A stretch of 24,109 bases of DNA from a virus. Taxonomy: Duplodnaviria > Caudoviricetes. The position numbers and the translations under genes are program-made. Below the pieces are notes generated by a model. The model was not told the DNA's origin. It was given only the letters and a program-made list of their open reading frames with translations, and did no database searches. The DNA lies in the IMG/VR virus record IMGVR_UViG_3300031519_000225, positions 1-24,109 of that record; one strand, given 5' to 3'. Shown here piece after piece: positions 1-6,475 of this stretch (its first letter is position 1; the number at the start of each line of letters is the position of its first letter).

Positions 1-610
1 TGCTTGTCGAATCGTTGATGTGCAGAAAGTCACCCAGGTTTAGCAGCAATCCAACCTTAGCGTCAGGCGCTACGGATATTAGTCTTTGGGTCGCTTTGGT
101 AAGTAGGTCTTTCGATATCGAGACATCGTAATCATCACCCATCGTCTCATCCGAATGAGCCAGCATTCCAAGATGGTGATCGCCAATGATATATGAGCAT
201 AGTAAGTCTTCCACCACGCTACCTTTATGCTTTCTCGGATTATGACGACCCTGTAGCTTCTCCACAAAACCATCCACCACTTCGCGAACCATTTCAGCAA
301 TCGCGACTTTCTCAGGCTCCTGAATATGCCACTGCAGCTTGACGTTACCATCTTCGCCATACGCTGTAGATACACGTTTCGTGACAAAGCCAGGTGCAGT
401 TTGGTGTATAAGGTCATAATCCCTGGCAAGGCCCTTAAAAGCCGCTTTTTGCTCGATCCCTTGTAGTGATCTGTGTACACGTTTGTATTCCCTTCCTTGC
501 TTTTTGGCAATGCTCTTTAAAGAGTGCCCGTCTAAGTATAGTTGCACAGCCTCCGTTTGAAGGTCAGTGACGCAAAAATCTAAATGATCTGGAGTAAGTC
601 TTATTGGCAT
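1..610 (-). CDS. HTH-like N-terminus plus calcineurin-like metallophosphoesterase (3' partial, runs off left edge)
   Basis: Manual translation from ATG 610 (overlapping the stop of the NinG-like gene) is open to position 2: MPIRLTPDHLDFCVTDLQTEAVQLYLDGHSLKSIAKKQGREYKRVHRSL...YIIGDHHLGMLAHSDETMGDDYD...LLLNLGDFLHIND. It has D-x-H and GD metallophosphoesterase motifs. It is absent from the ORF track, probably because there is no stop in the window. Confidence 0.8.
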   Translation of the reverse strand, partial: MPIRLTPDHLDFCVTDLQTEAVQLYLDGHSLKSIAKKQGREYKRVHRSLQGIEQKAAFKGLARDYDLIHQTAPGFVTKRVSTAYGEDGNVKLQWHIQEPEKVAIAEMVREVVDGFVEKLQGRHNPRKHKGSVVEDLLCSYIIGDHHLGMLAHSDETMGDDYDVSISKDLLTKATQRLISVAPDAKVGLLLNLGDFLHINDSTS

Positions 611-1008
611 ATCCGTCGCTCATGAGCTTTTATTTGTGCAGACCATGCCTTAATCATTTCCCTATAGTCGGCTGCGTAGATCTTCTTGACTTTCTTTTGG
701 TCCCTTATCATTTCCGCTACAAAGTCTCGACCGTAGTACTCCTCCATCCAGATGGTATATGACTGTGCGGCGCTGCCGTACCTCATACCCCAGTTGTTGC
801 AGCTTTTACACTGCGGATGGACATTCTCTACCTCAAGCGCCCAATAAGAGCTCTTGCCCTTTGGTAGAAAGTGTCCACCATCCATTTCTTTGTAATGCTT
901 TTTAATCCCGCAAGATACGCACTGAGAGTACCCATTTGCATCTGCTGCGGCGATCCTAGAAAGCAGTTGTAATTTCTTCAATGCCTTTGATCTCAATGTC
1001 TCAGGCAT
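601..1008 (-). CDS. ninG: NinG/Rap-like HNH endonuclease (junction resolvase)
   Basis: CVSCG...DGGHF...NVHPQCKSCN zinc/HNH pattern typical of the lambda NinG family; adjacent to a NinB-like gene. Confidence 0.85.
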   Translation of the reverse strand: MPETLRSKALKKLQLLSRIAAADANGYSQCVSCGIKKHYKEMDGGHFLPKGKSSYWALEVENVHPQCKSCNNWGMRYGSAAQSYTIWMEEYYGRDFVAEMIRDQKKVKKIYAADYREMIKAWSAQIKAHERRICQ

Positions 1009-1456
1009 TGGTCTCTGCTCTTATCTTCATATATTCAGATTCTTTTGGCAGGGTCAAATGACAGCCCAGCTCAACTGACCAATAGTAAACTTGATCCATA
1101 AAATGGTACATCTCGCCACGGTCCAATTTCCTGGTGCTTTTGAGTTGCTGTGGAATAACAGTCTTATTAAATCGGATATCTTCAAATCCTAGAAACTGTT
1201 GTTTTATATACAATTTGACGTTTTCCTCAGTAGTCCATTCTACATTTCCACCGCGAGAAATAAAGTGCTCGGTGATCTCTCTCACCCACATATGGAACAG
1301 GGCATTCTGGCTAATCGACCGGACACTCTTATACTCTTTAGGTTGCCAAGTGAGCGGCTTCTTAAAGTCCCAATCATTAATGATGTAAGACTTAAAGTTA
1401 TCTATCGCTTTATCAAGATCCCTTCTGTCTTTGACTAGCCAAAATTGCCCCTGCAT
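1001..1456 (-). CDS. NinB/YbcN-like recombination protein
   Basis: RSISQNALFHMW and KSTRKLDRGEM..FMDQV motifs match the NinB/YbcN pattern; it precedes the NinG-like gene. Confidence 0.7.
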   Translation of the reverse strand: MQGQFWLVKDRRDLDKAIDNFKSYIINDWDFKKPLTWQPKEYKSVRSISQNALFHMWVREITEHFISRGGNVEWTTEENVKLYIKQQFLGFEDIRFNKTVIPQQLKSTRKLDRGEMYHFMDQVYYWSVELGCHLTLPKESEYMKIRAETNA

Positions 1457-1467
1457 GTTCCCCTCCT

Positions 1468-1662
1468 TTACGCAATAAAATCTGACGGCGCCATATTGAA
1501 GTACTCGCTAAACCTTTCTACCAGGGACAGCCTAGCGTCCTTGGTTTGTTGCCAGCGATATATTTGTTGCCTGGTCACTCCAAAATGCTCGCAGAGGTCA
1601 CGGTTAGTGACCCCCGCTGCATCCTGAGCGCGCTTTAGGCATTCTCCGAAATGCAAGTTCAA
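1468..1662 (-). CDS. Cro/XRE-like helix-turn-helix regulator
   Basis: 64 aa, VTNRDLCEHFGVTRQQIYRWQ HTH pattern; ATGA overlap with the upstream gene. Confidence 0.8.
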   Translation of the reverse strand: MNLHFGECLKRAQDAAGVTNRDLCEHFGVTRQQIYRWQQTKDARLSLVERFSEYFNMAPSDFIA

Positions 1663-1919
1663 AACGGGATATCCTCCTCGCTAACATTAGATTGCAGATC
1701 AGAAGTGTTTTCTCCGTTATGCTGCATAGGATCTGATATCTGGCCTTTCAGGACCGGCTGATTGCTCGCTGCGCCTTTCTGAACCCAGAGAGCCATGCGA
1801 ATAGTCTCTCCTTCTTTGATGTCTCTGTGAGCCACCAGGTTGCCGTCAACGTAAGGCTGCCTATCACCTTCCTTCGTGTTCTTCCACAGGCTTACTCTTC
1901 CCCTATTATCATATTCCAT
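1659..1919 (-). CDS. Short single-stranded DNA-binding-like protein
   Basis: 86 aa ending in acidic EEDIPF (SSB C-terminal tail motif); follows the ERF and exonuclease genes. Confidence 0.65.
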   Translation of the reverse strand: MEYDNRGRVSLWKNTKEGDRQPYVDGNLVAHRDIKEGETIRMALWVQKGAASNQPVLKGQISDPMQHNGENTSDLQSNVSEEDIPF

Positions 1920-2532
1920 TTACTACTCCTAGTTTCTTTAGGTTTGCGTTTACTTTATCTAGCAGTTTATTCAACTCTGTTGCTAGACCAGAGATATACT
2001 CCTCATCTCGCTCTACCCGTATGATCAAGCTCTCATGATCTGGGTGGAACGACATAAAGTAAGCATATGGTTTTTCCGTGATCCAGAGCTGACCCTGGAC
2101 CTGCGGTATGTAGTCTGCCGGCACCTTATTAGCTAGCAGATACTTGATGTGAGTTGTTGGCTTAGGGCACTTGATCTCGAGCAAGGCTGTCTCGCCTTTG
2201 TCGTCGTCATGCACAATTGCATCAGGCGAACAACCTACAAGACCGTCGTCAGTAGTAACAAAACCAATGGCCGTCGTCAAAAGCCCTGTCTCCAACTGAA
2301 ACATTGCATTAGCCTGGGCTTCCATGTCATTGCCGCGTTGCATCCACTCAGACTTAAAGGTCTCGAGCTTTCTGCCAGCTTTAATCTCTTCGGTCAGCTC
2401 AATCGCATATTCATCAAACGATGTTGACCGTTTCTTCTGCGAGGTAAACACTCGACGGAAGTTGCTTGCGGTTGGACGCATGCGAAGCGCATGCCACTCA
2501 GGTGTGCCTTGTTGCACATCATGAAGAATCAT
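1909..2532 (-). CDS. YqaJ/lambda-exonuclease family 5'-3' exonuclease
   Basis: QGTPEWHALR, TASNF, MQRGNDME, GCSPDA, LEIKCP and QVQGQLW motifs. Confidence 0.92.
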   Translation of the reverse strand: MILHDVQQGTPEWHALRMRPTASNFRRVFTSQKKRSTSFDEYAIELTEEIKAGRKLETFKSEWMQRGNDMEAQANAMFQLETGLLTTAIGFVTTDDGLVGCSPDAIVHDDDKGETALLEIKCPKPTTHIKYLLANKVPADYIPQVQGQLWITEKPYAYFMSFHPDHESLIIRVERDEEYISGLATELNKLLDKVNANLKKLGVVNGI

Positions 2533-3137
2533 GATTCTTTGTCCGGTTTGGATTCTAGCTTCTTCTTAGCCTGATCATATTGAGTCACGCTCATATCTTT
2601 GAGCTCACTGCACTGATAAGCCTTAGCAATAACGTCAATGTTGACACCTTTCTGATTTGCCAGGCTAGTTAGCTCTTGCATTTGCATGAAGATGATAGGC
2701 TTAAATTTCTCGTCCCGCTCAACAGGCTGAGTTCTAGCAGCTGCCTCACCGTCGTCATCGTCATCACCAGCTATCAGCACCAGACCCTGGATGGCGTACC
2801 TCTTCAGATAAGAAATGAGCGAGCCCATATCCTGGATACTGTTCTGCGCCTTCATGTTGATCGCAGAAGAAATGTCTTCCTGTATCCACTGGCCAGAACT
2901 ATGCAGAAGCCTGGTTGTCACGATGACATGCATTGACCCATACAACTCGTCCTTGCGAGAGGTTTGCACAATAGACAAACCGTTCTCAGCCAGGTGCGGC
3001 CGAATCGTATTTAAGACGGATGGGAACGATGCGTATCGACTGTGATGAGCCTTAGCATCTTTGACGGGATTACTGATTGAACTTTGCAGCTTGCTTAATG
3101 CAGGGGCTAGCTCGTTGATTTGCTCTGATGTTTCCAT
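2529..3137 (-). CDS. erf: ERF-family single-strand annealing protein
   Basis: TRLLHSSGQWI...QDMGSLISYLKRYAI...GDDDDDG ERF signature. The start is placed at ATG 3137 because a GGAGGAG Shine-Dalgarno sits just upstream (ORF-track start 3164). Confidence 0.9.
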   Translation of the reverse strand: METSEQINELAPALSKLQSSISNPVKDAKAHHSRYASFPSVLNTIRPHLAENGLSIVQTSRKDELYGSMHVIVTTRLLHSSGQWIQEDISSAINMKAQNSIQDMGSLISYLKRYAIQGLVLIAGDDDDDGEAAARTQPVERDEKFKPIIFMQMQELTSLANQKGVNIDVIAKAYQCSELKDMSVTQYDQAKKKLESKPDKES

Positions 3138-3167
3138 GTTAGTCTCCTCCTTTGGAAACCACATGGT

Positions 3168-3209
3168 AGCATAGGCTGTTTACATGTGTACACTAAATGT
3201 GTTTATAAT
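3168..3209. promoter_or_regulatory. Candidate divergent promoters with operator-like repeats
   Basis: Plus-strand TATAAT at 3204-3209 with TTTACA at 3179-3184 (19-nt spacer); minus-strand TATGCT at 3173-3168; tandem TGTTTACA/TGTGTACA at 3177-3192 forms a 12/16 imperfect palindrome. Confidence 0.5.
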
Positions 3210-3213
3210 CGCC

Positions 3214-3261
3214 ATGTGGTGTCATGGCCACATCCTTTCGGGGCCCTACGGGGCCCTTTTT
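3214..3261 (+). ncRNA. Candidate ~45-50-nt small RNA
   Basis: Lies between a perfect TATAAT and a plus-oriented terminator; 5' hairpin ATGTGG(T)...(G)CCACAT. No plus-strand gene exists nearby to explain these signals. Confidence 0.4.
3241..3261 (+). terminator. Intrinsic terminator-like hairpin
   Basis: GGGCCC-TACG-GGGCCC followed by TTTTT on the plus strand; the T run overlaps the endolysin stop codon. Confidence 0.65.
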
Positions 3262-3610
3262 ATTGGTAGGTCCATATGACTGAAGTGGTATCACGGATAT
3301 CGCAGTGTACGAACGAACGCGCAATGCCCACCCCTGAAAAGCCTAGCTTAATAGCGTTAGCAACAATAATGAACCGATGAGCCCCATTGCTAACAGCAAT
3401 ATCAGCTGCAATGCCTGCAGTGTGCTTTCCTGGGCCACCAGGCTTCTTAACTTCGAGACTATGAGTTTTACTGCGGTAACCGCTAGTGATCTTAAACGGA
3501 AAACCGCATTCGTGACGTAGTGCATCCAAGGCATGAATAAACTCCTCTTTCATAAAACACTCGCCAGTCTCCTGACATGCGAATTCTTCCATTGTAAAAT
3601 ACTTAAACAT
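3260..3610 (-). CDS. Peptidase M15-family endolysin
   Basis: KYFTMEEFAC, ITSGYRS, HTAGIAADI and FVHCDIR zinc-peptidase motifs; lies directly downstream of a holin-like gene. Confidence 0.88.
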   Translation of the reverse strand: MFKYFTMEEFACQETGECFMKEEFIHALDALRHECGFPFKITSGYRSKTHSLEVKKPGGPGKHTAGIAADIAVSNGAHRFIIVANAIKLGFSGVGIARSFVHCDIRDTTSVIWTYQ

Positions 3611-4008
3611 TATTTATCTCTATGAACCGAATTCTTTTTCTCGTAGCTTCTCATTGCACCCAGCCCAAGCATACCCATTAGTACAGGCATCATAGTATCC
3701 AGAGGCACTAGAGGTATTGTGACGTTTTGATCTAACAACGCCAGAACAAAGTTGGAAAATGGAATGACCATAAAGTTACCAGCCATTGCAAAAACGCAGC
3801 ACCATCCGGTAGCCGGTCGCCAGCCGGACACGAACAGCGACTTGTGGGCCGCTTCGACCTGATTGATAGCCATCTGACCTTGGGCAATTTCTTGCGCGTA
3901 TTTCTGCGACATGGTAGCAATTTCATGCGCCAAAGCACTTTTCTGATCCTTGTCCTCAATGAACTTATCTAAAAGTCCAGTGATAGGACCTATAAGCTTA
4001 TCAAGCAT
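3610..4008 (-). CDS. Holin, 3TM (GTA-holin-like) family
   Basis: LLDKFIEDKDQK...SLFVSGWRPATGW...LMGMLGLGAMRSYEK pattern with hydrophobic segments. Confidence 0.85.
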   Translation of the reverse strand: MLDKLIGPITGLLDKFIEDKDQKSALAHEIATMSQKYAQEIAQGQMAINQVEAAHKSLFVSGWRPATGWCCVFAMAGNFMVIPFSNFVLALLDQNVTIPLVPLDTMMPVLMGMLGLGAMRSYEKKNSVHRDK

Positions 4009-4015
4009 AAGACCT

Positions 4016-4171
4016 TTACTTCCTTATCAGTTCGTTAATAGCTTTCCACGCCTCAATCATTTTCTGCTCCAAGACATCAAGACGGTTCAAGATCTTCCCT
4101 ATTGTCAAAATTAGGATAAATATCCCCGCCAAGACTGGCCAGCTTGAAACGATGATTCCCCAAGTTTCCAT
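4016..4171 (-). CDS. Small single-TM membrane protein (51 aa), lysis-associated
   Basis: Manual translation: METWGIIVSSWPVLAGIFILILTIGKILNRLDVLEQKMIEAWKAINELIRK. TAATG overlap with the upstream gene; fills the gap. Confidence 0.75.
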   Translation of the reverse strand: METWGIIVSSWPVLAGIFILILTIGKILNRLDVLEQKMIEAWKAINELIRK

Positions 4172-4338
4172 TAGACATCTCGTTTAAAGATGTTCTGGAT
4201 GGTAGGTGATTCCCATATCCGAATAGACAACCAGATAATAGTTAAAGCTGACGCAAGAGGAGGCAACCAGCCTGCCATAGTCGCAACAGTTCCAGTAACA
4301 GCTAATCCGTCTACTATTGTTTTTGCCTCTTCTTGCAT
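4171..4338 (-). CDS. Small membrane protein (55 aa), putative holin-like
   Basis: Manual translation: MQEEAKTIVDGLAVTGTVATMAGWLPPLASALTIIWLSIRIWESPTIQNIFKRDV. AGGTGA SD-like sequence upstream; hydrophobic core. Confidence 0.75.
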   Translation of the reverse strand: MQEEAKTIVDGLAVTGTVATMAGWLPPLASALTIIWLSIRIWESPTIQNIFKRDV

Positions 4339-4346
4339 ATTGTCAC

Positions 4347-4568
4347 CTAGTGCGCTTCGTCAACCGCTTCAAAGACAGGTTCTTCGCCTTGAATCGGCGC
4401 TTCTGCTGACTGCTGCTGTTGCTGCTGCTGTTGTGCTTGAATCAAGCTAAGTTGTGCCTCTAAATCGGCTATTCTGAGAGCCTGACCAGCGTTTTGCTTG
4501 GCTAATGAATCAATCTTAGCCATTGTTACGTATTCGTCAGCACTCATCTCTCGCTTCTGTTCGCTCAT
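4347..4568 (-). CDS. Small coiled-coil hypothetical protein with polyQ tract
   Basis: Strong AGGAGGGG SD; heptad-like ALRIADLEAQLSLIQAQ; acidic tail. Confidence 0.75.
   Translation of the reverse strand: MSEQKREMSADEYVTMAKIDSLAKQNAGQALRIADLEAQLSLIQAQQQQQQQQSAEAPIQGEEPVFEAVDEAH
4410..4433 (-). repeat. (CAACAGCAGCAG)x2 encoding Q8
   Basis: Plus strand reads ctgctgctgttg ctgctgctgttg. Confidence 0.85.
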
Positions 4569-4595
4569 AGTCCCCTCCTAGTTTGTGGTTTTACG

Positions 4596-4615
4596 ATTTT
4601 ATCTCGTTATTAGCA
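4596..4615 (-). promoter_or_regulatory. Putative late promoter TGCT-N10-TAAAAT
   Basis: In the intergenic gap before the lysis cassette; same spacing as the motifs at 19881 and 22966. Confidence 0.5.
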
Positions 4616-4644
4616 CATCTTCCACTGGTTTAACAGATCAGCAC

Positions 4645-5964
4645 TTAAATACGTTTATACGTCCTAGCTCTCAGGCTAATCATAAAGTTTAGAGTGGTAT
4701 CTTTCTCAATATAAGTGCGATCTGCTGGGCTGTATCCTAAAAGTCTTAAAGCCCACCTAAATCTTATGTCAACAGTTGACACTTTATCGCCAGAATTAAA
4801 ACGGCCCTGTGTTGTTGATATTTGAAAACTTCTGCCATAAGCCGTATTTGCCGCTGTAGTAACGAATGACGTTATACTATTGCTTGACATCAATGTCTCG
4901 CCAAAGCCCGAAGTGTTGTACACAGACTGACCTATTGCGGCAGTACTAGCGGGATTCTGCTGACCCGTTGCTAGTGACTCATTGTGCTGTGATGTCAAAA
5001 GAGCTGCTTGTATAACTTGAGCGCCCTCAAATGTAATGGCGTCATTTGTGACTGCGCTGTAAGTTTGGGGACTGCCGGTTCCTGATGCTTCTGCGTTCCA
5101 ATATTGATTAGTAAGAGTGATTGTAGCGCCGCTTCCGATATAGTTTCCGGTAGATAAGAGATGATACCTAAGCCTTGTGTTAGTTCCGTCAAACTCTACA
5201 GTCATTCCGCATTTGGCAATTGTGGCTGCTGGGTTGGTGCTTGCGTTATCTATATCGGCATCTGCACTTGCTAATTTATAACTAAGGCTGTTGCTAGTAG
5301 TGCTAGGCAACCTTCTGCGCGTATAGCCTTGATTCTCGCCTACGTTGCAAGGGTAATAATACTCCTTCATTTCATTTTTGCCGCCACTAGCAATAGGGCT
5401 TCCTGCTACAGTGTTGTACCAATTCAAGGCGCGAACGTCTGAGTCGTTTAAACCCACGGAAGTCCCAGAGCTGCCTCCTGCGACCGTGTGTATCGTGTTT
5501 AAACTTAGCGGCCCTGACGCTGGCATAGATCCGCTATGCCTTACATACATCGCTTGAGTTGAACCAGCAGCATACGATGCGAATGGGAAGGATGACGCAG
5601 TCCAAGTCCATCTGGTAAACGGACCCCCTTCCTCGCCTCCTCCGGTTGGGTAATTAAAGCTAGAATTGTCAGATACTGTAAACCGGCTAAAAGTACCGGA
5701 CGATCTATTATAATTTACACCATTAATTGTAATGTAGTCCCAACCAACGTTTTCATGAAGCCCATACACTTCAAAGTAGATTAGGCTTTGGTTAGCAAAC
5801 CAATACAACCCTCGTACACCATTGCCGCCGAATGCAACTAAGTATTTTTCGCTCTGGTTAATACTTGACGTTCCAAGTACGTCATTAAATCCCGCAAGAG
5901 CAGGGGGAGAAAATCCAAAAATATCAGTGGTTGATATTGTAAATTGGCTTATTGTGACTGCCAT
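4645..5964 (-). CDS. Putative tail fibre-associated/adhesin-like virion protein
   Basis: 439 aa, rich in G/S/T/N and aromatic residues; internal MPASGPLSLNTIHTVAGGSSGT motif; located after the tail fibre genes. Confidence 0.55.
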   Translation of the reverse strand: MAVTISQFTISTTDIFGFSPPALAGFNDVLGTSSINQSEKYLVAFGGNGVRGLYWFANQSLIYFEVYGLHENVGWDYITINGVNYNRSSGTFSRFTVSDNSSFNYPTGGGEEGGPFTRWTWTASSFPFASYAAGSTQAMYVRHSGSMPASGPLSLNTIHTVAGGSSGTSVGLNDSDVRALNWYNTVAGSPIASGGKNEMKEYYYPCNVGENQGYTRRRLPSTTSNSLSYKLASADADIDNASTNPAATIAKCGMTVEFDGTNTRLRYHLLSTGNYIGSGATITLTNQYWNAEASGTGSPQTYSAVTNDAITFEGAQVIQAALLTSQHNESLATGQQNPASTAAIGQSVYNTSGFGETLMSSNSITSFVTTAANTAYGRSFQISTTQGRFNSGDKVSTVDIRFRWALRLLGYSPADRTYIEKDTTLNFMISLRARTYKRI

Positions 5965-6128
5965 TCTTCCACCTGAGCTATGAACGCTTGTTCTTGAGCA
6001 ACGAAAGACTCTATCTGCTGCTCAGGAGTGAGATTAGGATCAACGGCTAGGTGAAAGAATCCAGCTTGCCCATTGCTAAACTCATGGGAAAACTTCAGCA
6101 ATTCATCCTCAACCGTGTAATCAGTCAT
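5949..6128 (-). CDS. Small acidic hypothetical protein (59 aa)
   Basis: Manual translation: MTDYTVEDELLKFSHEFSNGQAGFFHLAVDPNLTPEQQIESFVAQEQAFIAQVEEWQSQ. ATGA overlap with the upstream stop; fills the gap. Confidence 0.7.
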   Translation of the reverse strand: MTDYTVEDELLKFSHEFSNGQAGFFHLAVDPNLTPEQQIESFVAQEQAFIAQVEEWQSQ

Positions 6129-6475
6129 GGCGCATCGCCGGTAGGTTGCGGTTCAGGAGTCGGTACCCAAGGCAACGGCGCTACAGATGTAACAGGTGCG
6201 GTTAGGTTATTTGCAATCTGGGTTCGCATCTGCTCCCAAAAACTTTCAGACCATAAATCGTTAAGCCAAGCGATTACCTCATCCTGCGTTAAATCATCAA
6301 AGCTAATAAAAGGCTCTACTATCTCGGTCACTAACCGCTCTGACCCTAAATAGGTATAAACCCTTCCGTCATCTTCAGTACCTTTGTACGCATAACTGAC
6401 GTTGCAAACCGTATTAGGGTAATCGAGTAGCTGCTCTACAATTAATTGCGTTATTGTGAATTCATAGTTGATCAT
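6125..6475 (-). CDS. Tail fibre-associated small protein (possible assembly chaperone)
   Basis: ATGA-coupled to the giant tail gene; FISFDDLTQDEVIAWL...PLPW pattern recalled from genes next to phage fibres. Confidence 0.6.
   Translation of the reverse strand: MINYEFTITQLIVEQLLDYPNTVCNVSYAYKGTEDDGRVYTYLGSERLVTEIVEPFISFDDLTQDEVIAWLNDLWSESFWEQMRTQIANNLTAPVTSVAPLPWVPTPEPQPTGDAP

Noticed and set aside
79-510. 143-aa minus-strand ORF in the track
   Set aside because: It is a shadow of the overlapping frame starting at 610, which carries clear metallophosphoesterase motifs.
3138-3164. Upstream ATG 3164 as the ERF start
   Set aside because: It has no SD, while GGAGGAG precedes ATG 3137; a leaderless start cannot be fully excluded.
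3234-3262. Hammerhead-like stem followed by CGAAA on the minus strand
   Set aside because: There is no CUGANGA core upstream of the stem.
3214-3279. 21-aa plus-strand peptide MWCHGHILSG...
   Set aside because: It has no SD and runs through the terminator hairpin.
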